Source of the DNA: Octopus bimaculoides
Taxonomy: Eukaryota
Assembly (NCBI RefSeq): GCF_001194135.2
Contig: NC_068982.1
Location: 35,414,744 to 35,478,743 of the forward strand
Length of the DNA: 64,000 bases
Reading direction: 5' to 3'
Shown piece after piece: positions 52,280-64,000 of this stretch. The translations under genes were made by a program, and so were the position numbers. The notes under the pieces were generated by a model. That model worked only from the letters and a program-made list of their open reading frames with translations, made no database searches and was not told the DNA's origin. Every line of letters starts with the position of its first letter. Within the stretch, counting starts at the first letter, position 1.

Positions 52280-52630
52280 TCATCATCATCATCATTATCA
52301 TCATTTAACGTCCACTTTCCATGCTGGCATAGGTTGGACGATCTGACTGAGGACTGGTGAAACCAGATGGCTGCACCAGTCTCCAATCTGATCTGGCAGA
52401 GTTTCTACAGCTGGATGCCCTTTCTAACACCAATCACTCCAAGAGTGTAGTGGGTGCTTTTATGTGCCACCGGCACGAAGGCCAGTCAGGCAGTACTGGC
52501 AATGGCCATTCTCAAATGGTGTTTTTTAAGTGCCACCTGCACAGGAGCCAGTCCAGCGGCACTGGCAACGACCTCGCTCGAATATTATTTCACGTGCCAC
52601 CGGCACAAGTGCCAGTAAGGCGACGCTGAT
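52280..52630 (-). mobile_element. SINE S3, long form with internal tandem units
   Basis: Reverse complement of the 62965-63365 copy. Confidence 0.9.
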
Positions 52631-53831
52631 TATGAATATTAATATATTTCAGGATACTCTGTCAGGCATTAGTATTGATTTCTAAAGCCTTAAATTTCAT
52701 CTACTAAATCCACTCACAAGACTTTGGTCAACCCAGAACTATTTTGGACGACACTTGCCCAGGACCTTATGATTGAGAAACAAATTTCTTTCCACACAGT
52801 CTCACTTGTACCTATTGTTCACAAATAATGAATCAAAAAAATAAAAGCATTGTTTTATGTCCATAGTTAACCTCACACTGTCATGTCTTCAGTCAACCTA
52901 GTTAAAATATAAGTCTAGATGATTTTAGAATGGGTATTATTTAGTTATTAAAACATATGCTGTTACATTTCATACTTGGTGAGCTCCTTTAATTCACAGC
53001 AGTGTGGGACACTTCAGTCAATGCTAATAAACAACCATTTTACAGTCACTTTGACCTGTTTGATATGCCAACAATATGTCACTCAAAATTACATCTACCT
53101 ACAATCTTGAAAAATTAAAACAGACGTAGTTTAATGCACTCCTGAATATATCTGAATAAAAAGATGGGATGGTCAGCACTTGAATGAAATTAATCATAGG
53201 TGTGCTCAGTTGTAACTGACCTGAGGCTAAACAACAACCAGATTTAATTTCAGCCTGGAAAGCTGAGACTAAATTATATACAAAAGAGAAAGGATTGCCT
53301 TATGACTGTCTGGAGTTGTAGTTTATAAAAGAAAAGAAATGGGGGGTCTCTGAAGCTAAACATTAATATCTGCATGTATTTAATCTAATGAGCCTAATTT
53401 TACAGTGAGTCTAAATGTATACAGAATTTAGTCCATACATGCATACACACATTTGCAAAACATATGTAGGTTTATTCGAGGTTATAAAGGAATTAAAGGT
53501 AATGCTATGCTACATCGTAATAATCCTTATTATTATTGTTATTGATAAGGTAGCGAGTTGGCAGAATCATTAGCATGCTGGATGAAATGCTTAGCGGCAT
53601 TTTGCCCGTCATTCCATTCTGAGTTCAAATTCTGTTGAAGTCAACTTTGCCTTTCATCCTTTCGAGGTTGATAAAATAAGTACCAGTTGAAAACTGGGGT
53701 TGGTATAATCAACTCATCCCCTCTCCAAGAACTGCTGCCCTTGTGGCAAAATTTGAAACCATTGTTATTATTTTTTATATATATAAATTGTTATGCTGGC
53801 TTTTCCACAATTTACAACCAAAAGGCTGAAG

Positions 53832-53928
53832 TATAGACGTCGCTAAGGTGGCTAAGAGTTGTTCTGACTCTTATTCCAAGCAATACTGATGCTAACTAGT
53901 ACCCTTAGTCACCTTAGTGATGTCTATA
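53832..53928. repeat. Small TA-flanked MITE-like hairpin
   Basis: tatagacgtcgctaaggtggctaag / cttagtcaccttagtgatgtctata, with an inner taagagt/actctta stem. Confidence 0.75.
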
Positions 53929-55117
53929 TATATATATATATATATATNNNNNNNNNNNNNNNNNNNNNNNNNNNNNNNNNNNNNNNNNNNNNNNNNNNNN
54001 NNNNNNNNNNNNNNNNNNNNNNNNNNNNNNNNNNNNNNNNNNNNNNNNNNNNNNNNNNNNNNNNNNNNNNNNNNNNNNNNNNNNNNNNNNNNNNNNNNNN
54101 NNNNNNNNNNNNNNNNNNNNNNNNNNNNNNNNNNNNNNNNNNNNNNNNNNNNNNNNNNNNNNNNNNNNNNNNNNNNNNNNNNNNNNNNNNNNNNNNNNNN
54201 NNNNNNNNNNNNNNNNNNNNNNNNNNNNNNNNNNNNNNNNNNNNNNNNNNNNNNNNNNNNNNNNNNNNNNNNNNNNNNNNNNNNNNNNNNNNNNNNNNNN
54301 NNNNNNNNNNNNNNNNNNNNNNNNNNNNNNNNNNNNNNNNNNNNNNNNNNNNNNNNNNNNNNNNNNNNNNNNNNNNNNNNNNNNNNNNNNNNNNNNNNNN
54401 NNNNNNNNNNNNNNNNNNNNNNNNNNNNNNNNNNNNNNNNNNNNNNNNNNNNNNNNNNNNNNNNNNNNNNNNNNNNNNNNNNNNNNNNNNNNNNNNNNNN
54501 NNNNNNNNNNNNNNNNNNNNNNNNNNNNNNNNNNNNNNNNNNNNNNNNNNNNNNNNNNNNNNNNNNNNNNNNNNNNNNNNNNNNNNNNNNNNNNNNNNNN
54601 NNNNNNNNNNNNNNNNNNNNNNNNNNNNNNNNNNNNNNNNNNNNNNNNNNNNNNNNNNNNNNNNNNNNNNNNNNNNNNNNNNNNNNNNNNNNNNNNNNNN
54701 NNNNNNNNNNNNNNNNNNNNNNNNNNNNNNNNNNNNNNNNNNNNNNNNNNNNNNNNNNNNNNNNNNNNNNNNNNNNNNNNNNNNNNNNNNNNNNNNNNNN
54801 NNNNNNNNNNNNNNNNNNNNNNNNNNNNNNNNNNNNNNNNNNNNNNNNNNNNNNNNNNNNNNNNNNNNNNNNNNNNNNNNNNNNNNNNNNNNNNNNTATA
54901 TATATATATATATTATAAGAAAAAGAAGAAAAAAAAGATTAAAAATTCCAGGCAGATATCTGTAAAGGACTCAGTTTTAAATGAATTTAACTAACTATAT
55001 CAAACAATCAGATGCAAATAAATGTAAGTAGAATAAACATGCAAGGTAATTCCTCATGTAGGACAAGTAGATCCAAATATCATTTAGAAGAATTTCAAGA
55101 AATTCAGAGTACTAGAC

Positions 55118-55357
55118 AACAAAAATACAGATAGAAAGAAAAAATAACATCTTTAATTGTTGAATTCACCATACAATGCAGACGATCATTCCTGTTATAT
55201 CAACATATTCAGATACAGAAAATATAACTCAAATTAATATATCCCAAAATATATGTTAGCACAAGATTTTCAAAGTGATCCAAAATTAGAAATGATTGTT
55301 CACATTGTATGGTGAATTCAACAATTAAAGATGTGATTTTCTCTATACATATTTTTG

Positions 55358-55359
<2 letters not shown>
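55118..55359. repeat. Fold-back, ~70 bp arms
   Basis: acatctttaattgttgaattcaccatacaatg / cattgtatggtgaattcaacaattaaagatgt is a perfect core. Confidence 0.9.
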
Positions 55360-55391
<32 letters not shown>

Positions 55392-57180
55392 AGAATTCAC
55401 AAAAATAAAAACAAAAGACAAAGACAGGTGGTGTAGAAAACAAACAGATGTATTAGTATAACACTCGGGAATTGAAAAAGTCTTTAACGTTTCAAGCCTA
55501 CGCTCTTCCACTGAAAGGAACACAGAGAGAAACAAGGAAAGAAAAAAGATGTGTGTAGTGCTTAGCAATCTATCATGGCGAATGCCAGTCAGAAGGGTCA
55601 CACAGGAGAGCTAAGAAGGGGAGATAACAAAGTAGTAGTGATCCCAAAACGAAGGTGCGCATGTGTGTAAGAGTATGTATGTGCGTGTGAAAGAGGGCTG
55701 GTGATCTTGACGTGTGTGTGTGTGTATGTGTAGGTGTGAAAATGTGGAGATGGGAATTGGTCAGTGCTGGTGTGTACGTGGTGGTGTGTTGTGTATCACA
55801 TAAAAAGCACCCATGTCAGTGCCACGTAAAAAGCATCCATGCTGGCACTACATAAAAAAAACCCAGCACACCACGCTGCAAAGTGGTTGGCATTAGGAAG
55901 GACATCCAACCATAGAAACCATATCAAAACAGACAACTGGAGCCTGGTGCAGCCCTCCAGCTTGCCAGCCCTTGCCAAACTGTCCAACCCATGCTTGTAC
56001 CAAAAACGGATGTTAAAGGCTGATGATGATGATGATGATGATGATGATTCATCCCAGTCATGAGTCTGAAAACCCTGATGAATAAATAAATATTTGTGTT
56101 TGCAGGAGTGCTGCCTGGATTCCCAGATTCTCTCTCTCTCTCTTTCTCTTTGTCTCATTCACTAACTCACTCACTCACTCACTCACTCACACACATACAC
56201 TTTACAAGGATATGGAGTTCACTTAATGATTTCGGGTTCATCTCTGTCTTCAGGCTGACCAATGCCATATGAGTAAATTGGTAGATGGAAATGTATGGAA
56301 GCTTATCATGTGTGTGCGTGTGTGTGTGTATTTGTGCCTATGTGTATGAATGTTTGCATTCTGCTTGTCTTCACATGACAATGAGCAAAATAGCAATATC
56401 ATGTTTAAATCTCCAATAAATAATATATCCTGAGGCTCTGCATTTTCAACTGACAAAAGCCTGTTGAATTAATATCCCAAAGAAAGATGAGTGTTGGCAA
56501 CAGGAAGAGCGTCTGGTCATAAAATATGACCAGCATGGTTAAGCTGACATAAAAATAGCAACGGTGATGACGATAGTTATATAATAAATTATGAATTTTA
56601 AAATTAATTTTCAAGCCAAAACAACTTTTTAATTGCATTCAAATATCTTTAATTACTTTCCATTTGTGAAATCATAATATTTGTAGTTTTAGAAAAAGGA
56701 AAATTAAAATCAATAACATTGATAGAAATCAATATTTAAGATTTCCAGTCAATGTCAATTTTCTTTCTTCAATGGATTGAATTGTATTACAAACAAACAA
56801 AACAAAAATATTAAAATTCAGTGAATAAGGTGATAAATTTTAAATTTCACATGATTTCAAATGCGCTGGGTTGATGCAACCAGTCATCATCATCATCCTC
56901 ATTACCATAGTTTTAACATCCACTTTTCCATGTTTGCATGAGAATTCAAGCGAAAATTTGTTGAGGAGAAATTTCTATGGCTCGATGACCTTCCTGTCAG
57001 CAATCCTCAGCAATTTCCAAGTAAGGCAATATTTCTCCATAACCGAACATGTTTCCACAAAACCTTAAGAATGAAGGACACTGCTAGCATGATGGTGACA
57101 CTCATTTACAGCTTTCATGTGAAGTCAAGACAGTAACACACACACACACACACACAGAGTCATAGTAGACTTCTTTCAGT

Positions 57181-57418
57181 TTCTTATTTCTTTATTGCCC
57201 ACAAGGGGCTAAACATAGAGGGGACAAACAAGGACAGACAAAGGGATTAAGTCGATTATATTGACCCCAGTGCATAACTGGTACTTAATTTATCGACCCC
57301 GAAAGGATGAAAGGCAAAGTCGACCTCAGCAGAATTTGAACTCAGAACGTAACAGCAGACGAAATACCGCTAAGCACTTCACCCGGCGTGCTAACGTTTC
57401 TGCCAGCTCGCCGCCTTC
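57181..57418 (-). mobile_element. Full-length young S2 SINE inserted at the 3' end of an S1 SINE
   Basis: cttctttcagt duplicated at 57170-80 and 57425-35; closely similar to 46344-46581. Confidence 0.9.
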
Positions 57419-57686
57419 ACAAGGCTTCTTTCAGTTTCTGTCTACCAAATCCTCTCATAAAGCTTTGATTGACCCAGGGTTAAAGCAGAAGACTCTTACC
57501 TCAGGTGCCACACAGTCGGATTGAACTCAGAGCTATGTGGTTAGGAAGCAAAATTCTTACCACACAGCCGTGCCTGCACCAATGCATATTATATCACATC
57601 AAATTTACAGAAAACAAAAGACAAAGGCAGGTGAGGGAACAATGAACAGGTGTATTTGTTCGATGCTCAGGAAGAATGGAAAAGTC

Positions 57687-57724
57687 TTTGACCGACAATT
57701 CAAGCATATACTCTTCGTCAGAAA
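57687..57724 (-). ncRNA. Hammerhead motif, one core substitution
   Basis: uuu CUGACGA a gagu auau gcuu GAAU u gucg GUC aaa. Confidence 0.5.
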
Positions 57725-57841
57725 TGGCTGAGAATAGAATAATTGGAGAGAGAATGAAAAAAATGTGTAGGGATTAATGGTTTAACATGATGAAATGACC
57801 ATGTGTATGTGTATGCATGTATGTGTGGAGGGGTGAGTAGG

Positions 57842-58330
57842 ATCATCATCATTAGCACCCTTGTTTCATGCTGGCAAGGGTTGAACTGCATATCACCAAC
57901 CAGTACAGTTTTTTTATTACTTCCTGTATAAGAGGCAACATCTTCAGGCCACCTTTCCTCACTTTATCTCAAGTCTCCCTAGCTCTTTCTCTTCCACAGA
58001 TTTCACTAACTTGGAGTATGCACCACTTCATTATGAAGCTATCCTCCTCTATGAATCACCTGCCCTTATTATCACATTCTTCCCTCTTGGACACTCCATC
58101 TGGCTCTCCTGATACCTTGTTTTCCTCTCAGCTCATTTGTGCTCTTACATCCATAGACATTGACATTACACATACTTCTCCGTATACTTGCTTTGTTTCT
58201 TTCTAGCCATCACAACGCTTCTACATTAATGTCTCTTCCATGCAGCATCATAGTATGAACACATGCTTCATACAGTCTGCCCATTACTCTGAGGGAGAAG
58301 GCCTTTATTGCCAAAAGAGTTAACAGCTAC
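57842..58330 (-). mobile_element. Degenerate RTE LINE 3' fragment with (GAT)n tail
   Basis: Minus strand reads GRLYEACVHTMMLHG...LERNKASIRRSMCNVNV...ELRGKQGIR...EEDSF...CGRERARET with stops, and ends in caacccttgccagcatgaaa...aatgatgatg. Confidence 0.85.
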
Positions 58331-58333
58331 AAG

Positions 58334-58371
<38 letters not shown>

Positions 58372-58380
58372 CTGCAGTGC

Positions 58381-58497
58381 ATGAAGATGGCCACCCTGGT
58401 TTCAATATTTTTGGTGATCTTGTGTATTTTGTGTGAATCAAGTTACATATGTTGTTGTTGCATCCAGTGCAGGAGTAGTTTTTGTTCTAGAATTTAA
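58381..58497 (+). CDS. Small ORF (38 aa), signal-peptide-like N-terminus and Cys-rich tail: MKMATLVSIFLVILCILCESSYICCCCIQCRSSFCSRI
   Basis: ATG lies 3 nt after a strong acceptor (tc)n-tttctttctgcag|. It has a hydrophobic h-region and 8 Cys, but four Cys come from a (tgt)n run. No homology recognised. Confidence 0.2.
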   Translation: MKMATLVSIFLVILCILCESSYICCCCIQCRSSFCSRI

Positions 58498-58741
58498 AAA
58501 ATGCCTTTTGTTACTCAATTGTTGTTGTCTACCTTCATGTATTACATTTGGTGCGGGAAAAATTACATATGCCCTATGCTTTTCCAATTTGCATAAGAAA
58601 TATCTTGCAGCCACTCCTTTTTAGTTATTATCATGTATAGTATAATATACAAAGAAGTAGGTATACATATAGGTATAAAATATAAATTTTTGTTTAGTGA
58701 TCTGCATGCATTTTTAAAATGTGCCTATGTTGAAAGCCTTT

Positions 58742-58900
58742 TAAACTGCAGTATTCATTTTGAGAGAGTATCTCTTACAGATATATAGTGTTAAAAACAC
58801 GGAAGAATATCAGAGGCAGGCAAAGGTCATCCAACATTGGTTATATCATTGCTGTATATGTCTGTAAGAGATACTCTCTACAGGTGAATACCACTGTTTA
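58742..58900. repeat. Fold-back, ~45 bp arms
   Basis: agagagtatctcttacaga / tctgtaagagatactctct. Confidence 0.8.
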
Positions 58901-59325
58901 GGTTGTCAACATAGACGCACTTGTATACTCAAGTACGTATACAGATTGCTAAACTTTGACTAATACCCACCACAACAGAATTGAGATCCTAAAACTAAGG
59001 TGCCATGTAAAAACTATTTTTATGAGTACTAGTGCCATGTAAAATGCACTGGTGATGGTGTTACATAAATAGCACTGGTGATGGTACCACATAAAAAGCA
59101 CCCAGTACACTCTGTAAAGTAGTTGGCATAGGAAAAGCATCCAGCTGTAGAAACCAAGCCAAAACAGACTGAGGAACTGGTGTGGCCTCTGGCCTTACCA
59201 GTTCCTGTCAAGTTGTCCAACCCATGGCAGCATGGAAAATGGATGTTAAATGTTGATGATGATGACTGCTTCCATTACTAATGATGGCTAAATCTTTATA
59301 TAGACACACACATACACATTTACAC

Positions 59326-59390
<65 letters not shown>

Positions 59391-59979
59391 CATCCTGTAC
59401 ACTCAGTAAAATGGTTGGCACTAGGAAGGGCATCCAGCTATAGAAACTATACCAAAACAGACAATTTGAGCATGGATAGCTCTCTGGTTTGCCAGCATGG
59501 AAAATGGACGTTAAATGATGATGACGATGATAATGGATTATTGTCGTTTTGGCATCTACTTTTCCATACTTGCATCATTCAGATAGAGCTTATTGAGGCA
59601 GAATTTTTATAGCAAGATGTCCTTCCTGTCACCAACCCACACCTGTTTTCAAGCAAGTTAATATTTCTGCATGGACAGACATGTTTTCATAGAATATTGA
59701 AAATGACTGACACTGCATGTATAACAGTGACACTTATGTGTGACTGTCATGCAATGTCAAGACAAGGCAACTCAAACACACACACACGTGTGCACATGAT
59801 GGGCTTTATTGAGTTTCTGTCCATCACATACACTAAAGCTTTAGTCAGCCCAAGGCTATAGTAGAAAACACTTGCCCAGTGTGCCACAAAGTGGGACTGA
59901 ACCTGAAACCATGCAGTCGGGAAGTAAATTTCCTAATAATGCAGCCATGCTTGCACCATTATATACATATGACTTAGTG

Positions 59980-60271
59980 CAGTGCTACTCAAAGTGGAGG
60001 TCCGCGGACCAGCACCGGTCCGTGAGCCATCAGCTGCCAGTACACCGCGAGTTTCCAGAAAAGAGACATTATAAAATGCTCATGCAATACTGTATTATTT
60101 GTTTACAAAATAAATAATAAACGATAAAAAAAATTGTCAACTTTTATTATATTCATTATATATATTGTTTCCAATATAAACTAATATTACTAAGAAATAT
60201 TACCAGTCCCTGGCACATTGGAAAAGAAAAAAACTGCCGGTATGCCACATAAGATAGTTTGAGAAGCACTG
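59980..60271. mobile_element. hAT (Charlie-like) MITE with perfect 8 bp TSD
   Basis: TIRs CAGTGCTACTCAAA and TTTGAGAAGCACTG; ACTTAGTG duplicated at 59972-79 and 60272-79. Confidence 0.92.
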
Positions 60272-61317
60272 ACTTAGTGGATCTAATCCCTCCCAAGGTT
60301 TGAACACTACTTTTATCCAGAGAGGATGTGAGAGAGAATGGGAGTGGGTATCTACCTTAGTAAATGACTGGTACTTTATTTATTGACTCTAGAAGGATGA
60401 AAGACAAAGTTGACCTCAGCAGGATTTGAACTCAAAACATAGTAAGTTGGAATGAATACCACAAAGCATTCCTTCTGAAGTGCTAATGAATCTACTAATT
60501 GACCATATACACATGATGGACTTCTGTACAGTTCTCACCTGTCAAGTTTGACAAGGTGTTGATCAATGTGAGCTTACCTGGATCTAAACAACAACGTCTA
60601 TAATATCTTAGAATGGTACACAGCCATATAACAAGTTGTTTAGCGACCACTGCCCAAGTCAGACATATGGTAAAAGCCATTTCAGCCATGACAGTCCCAT
60701 CTTCTTTTATAACCTAGTACATTTAGGTTTTCCTCTTATTCATCTGATGGGAAAAGAATTTGCCTGCTATTTCTAGCAGATTGAGTAACTACATAGGGGT
60801 TCCCTTGAGAGCTATGTAACCAATTGCATTCAGGGAGAGGAAAAGCTATGTAGACCTCCATCAATATTGGAAGTCAGAAAGTAGGACACAACTGTGTATC
60901 ATTCTAAGTACTGTGTAAGACACCATTTCTGCTACTTCATTTCTTTTCAACTACAGCTGCAATAGTAATAATAATGGTAATGATTTGTAATAGAATCACA
61001 AAGTCACAAGTCACAAATTTTGTGGGTTAGGATATAGTTGACTCATTAACTGAGCTGGTTTGGGTCTAATATGATCAAAGTAAGTACATTGCACTTTCTA
61101 GTTGGCTTTGTAGACAAACACAGGTGTGGCTATGTGGTAAGAGGTTTGCTTTCTAACCACATGGTTCCAGGTTCAGTCCCACTGCATGGCACATTGAGCA
61201 AGTGTCTTCTACTACAACCTCAGGCAGACCAAAGCCTTATGAGTGGATTTGGTAGACAAAAACTGAATGAAGCCCATCATATATGTGTGTGTGTGTGTGT
61301 GTGTATCTATGTATATA

Positions 61318-61350
<33 letters not shown>

Positions 61351-61632
61351 GCACACACACTCAAACACATGTGTGTATATGTACTCACTCATGCTGACTT
61401 CATGTAAAAATCACCTTTCACCTTTCAAGCGTTGGGTCACACAGAGGCTATGACAAATGGCCAAGACTTTGGCAATATGTTATGCTTCATAAGACCCATC
61501 AAACGAACTTGTAGTTATGGCAGATACTGGTGTCATGCAGCTGACACCCATGCAGGTGGCACGTAAAAGCACCCATTACACTCTCAGAGTGGTTGGCATT
61601 AGGAAGGGCATCCAGTCATAGAAACCATGCCA

Positions 61633-61680
61633 GATAGGGCTATTTCAGTGGAAGTAGCCCTATTGAATACGACTGGTCAA
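61633..61680 (+). ncRNA. 5'-truncated hammerhead relic (stem II, GAAU, stem III, GUC)
   Basis: 14 bp stem gauagggcuauuuc/gaaguagcccuauu followed by gaauacgacugguc; CUGANGA replaced by an adjacent SINE. Confidence 0.35.
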
Positions 61681-62016
61681 GTGACCTTGCTTAAATTCCT
61701 CATTCTTCTCGCTCCCCAATGTCTTTTTCTTTTTTCCTTCTTTTAATCCTAATTTCTCTCTCTATTTATATTCTCAACTCTTACTGTGCTCTCTACACAT
61801 TCTAATTGAATATTCCATGTTAACATGTACCTCTTTGCAACAATGTAAACTTTCATTTAATCAAGATATCCTTGGCCTGAAGTGTAATCTATGGTATACA
61901 CCTCGTTTGGATATTTACCACTTCAGCGGGTTCCACTCACTATGAAACATATGTAGCCCAGATCTTATCTACTCTATTCCTTAACTTTTGTATATCTATA
62001 TATATATATATATATA

Positions 62017-62795
62017 TACAATAATAAAAGGAAAATAGTTCAAATTGACAAATGTTAATTTATTAACATAATATTATATTATTATTACAATAATATAAAA
62101 ATATGAAAATAAATATAAGTACAATCCCTACAATCGTTTTGATTCAAACCCAAAAATCTACAGCAAATTTATAAAATTCATATTATGGAAATATTTTGGG
62201 GTAAGAATCTCATCAGGCTAACGGACGAAAATCACATATGAGAAGTTTGAAATCGCAAAAGAGACTGAATCAATATATGTTTATGTTTGTAAGTGTGAGC
62301 GTCAATAATTTAATTTTTAAAAATAATAAATAAAATAAAATACAATAAAAACTAATATAACAGTTATAAAATATGTGTGTGAATGTTTAAGAATATTAAT
62401 TTAAGTATATTTCTGTGTGTTAGTGTTTAAAAGCAGAAATAATTTGTTATTAATCTAATGTAAAACAGTAAATATTGATTTTCAGTTCTATAATATTAAG
62501 AAAATTACAACATACACAAAATAATTTTCTAAGAAAAATATCCCTTATCTCAACCACACTGACACTAAATATTATTATGATTAATTTTATAAATTATACT
62601 ATGAGATTCTTACCCCAAAATATTTCCATAATATGAATTTTATAAATTTATTGTTGGTTTTTAAGTTTGAATCGAAACAGTTATAGCAATTGTATTTATA
62701 TTTATATTTTTATATTATTGTAATAATGATATAATATTATGTTAAGAAATTAACATATGGCAATTGGAACTCTCCATTTTCCTTTTATTATTGTA
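62017..62795. repeat. Fold-back element, ~195 bp arms each carrying a degenerate hammerhead
   Basis: Arms 62017-62212 and 62601-62795; the core aaattcatattatggaaatattttggggtaagaatctcat is perfectly inverted. Confidence 0.9.
62127..62218 (-). ncRNA. Hammerhead motif with very long stem II, degenerate; inverted partner at ~62598-62685
   Basis: c CUGAUGA gauuc-(~60 nt)-gaauc AAAAC gauu GUA gg; the partner has gaauc GAAAC but a mutated CUGAUGA. Confidence 0.5.
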
Positions 62796-62925
62796 TATTG
62801 CGTATATATACCCATTCATATTGGAGAAATTTTTATACTAAATATTATATATTGGGTATTGAACAATTAACCAGTCAAAATTGGATGTTTTACATCCCTA
62901 TAAGAAGAGTTTATTTCTTTGCATA

Positions 62926-62964
<39 letters not shown>

Positions 62965-62969
<5 letters not shown>

Positions 62970-63365
62970 CAGCTGTCTGGTTTCCGTGCTAGTGGCCCAT
63001 AAATAGCACCATTTGAGCGTAATCGTTACCAGCGTTGCCTTCTAGCACTTGTGCTGGTGGCACGTTAGAAAATCATTCGAGTGAGGTCGTTGCCAGTGCC
63101 ACTGGACTGGCTCCCGTGCAGGTGGCACATAAAAAACACCTCTGAGCGTGGCCGTTGTCAGTACCATGTGACTGGCCCTCGTGCCGGTGGCACGTAAGAG
63201 CACCCACTACACTCTCGGAGTGGTTGGCGTTAGGTAGGGCATCCAGCTGTAGAAACTCTGCCAGATCAGATTGGATCCTGGTGCAGCCTTCTGGCTTGCC
63301 AGTCCTCAGTCAAATCGTCCAACTCATGCTAGCATGGAAAGCGAACGTTAAACGATGATGATGAT
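62965..63365 (+). mobile_element. SINE S3, long form, followed by an S5 module at 63405-63600
   Basis: Four gtgc(t/c/a)ggtggcacgt-type units, then ggttggcgttagg...catgctagcatggaaagcgaacgttaaac(gat)n. Confidence 0.9.
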
Positions 63366-64000
63366 ATACATATAATATATATGGGTGTATGTATATATCT
63401 GTGTGTCTGTGTTTGTCCCCCACATCACCACTTGACAACTGGTGTTGGTGTGTTTATATCCCCATAGCTTAGCAGTTCAGCAAAAGAGACTAGTAGAATA
63501 GGCTTTAAAGAAAAAAGTCCTAGGGTCAAATTGTTCAATTAAAACCCTTCAAAGCGGTGCTCCAGCACAGCCGCAGTCAAATGACTGAAACAAGTAAACA
63601 AAACACGAAGAAAAGAATATGAATACCTATATGCGAACACACACACACACACACACACACAAATGTAAATACAGAAATACACATCGCTAGCCTCTAAACC
63701 TTTTTCTATTTTCTCTCCCTGTTTATTTCTGTGTTCTTCTCTATCAAAGAACATAGGCTCAAAACGTAAAAGACGTTCTCACTTCCTGAGCATTAAACTA
63801 ATACATCTGTTTGTTTTTTTACACACCCATCTTCATTTTTTTTTTTGGTAAATTCTCACCATATACATAAACACGTGGATAGATGCACAATGTAAAATTA
63901 TATGAGAGATGGCAGAGGAGAGAGGGAAAGAAAGATGAAACAGCAGAAAGACTATGCATAAATATGTGCAGATTGAATTTTTGTGGCTGAATGCAGACAA

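Noticed and set aside
61877-61926. ctgaagtg/cacttcag hairpin considered as a pre-miRNA
   Set aside because: Multiple bulges and a branched apex; not a canonical Drosha/Dicer stem.

Overview
This is AT-rich, repeat-saturated eukaryotic genomic DNA with 8 N-gaps, mostly bounded by (TA)n. The SINE, Penelope and RTE content matches what I recognise from octopus (coleoid cephalopod) genomes; the taxon is an inference. There are no prokaryotic features, CRISPR arrays, rRNA genes or genuine tRNA genes, and almost all long ORFs in the supplied track are microsatellite, gap or antisense-repeat artefacts. (1) The window looks like the intron-rich interior of an unidentified minus-strand gene. Three short exons with plausible splice sites join in frame (27005-26961, 20400-20321, 11186-11058); further exon candidates are weaker. 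(2) Repeats include dozens of tRNA-derived or RTE-tailed SINEs, three RTE-clade LINE 3' fragments plus a fourth probable one, mariner/Tc1/pogo/hAT/Helentron relics and a probable solo LTR. (3) The most striking unexplained structure is a set of about 13 fold-back (inverted-repeat) elements together with about a dozen type I hammerhead ribozyme motifs from several unrelated sequence families. Three motifs have an intact or near-intact catalytic core (8947-8998 minus, 18474-18556 plus, 37567-37623 minus). Several sit in the arms or loop of the fold-backs and on the sense strand of the putative host pre-mRNA. (4) A 38-codon signal-peptide-like, Cys-rich ORF at 58381-58497 falls below the ORF-track cutoff. 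All calls were made by eye. Repeat boundaries are approximate and no database search was possible.
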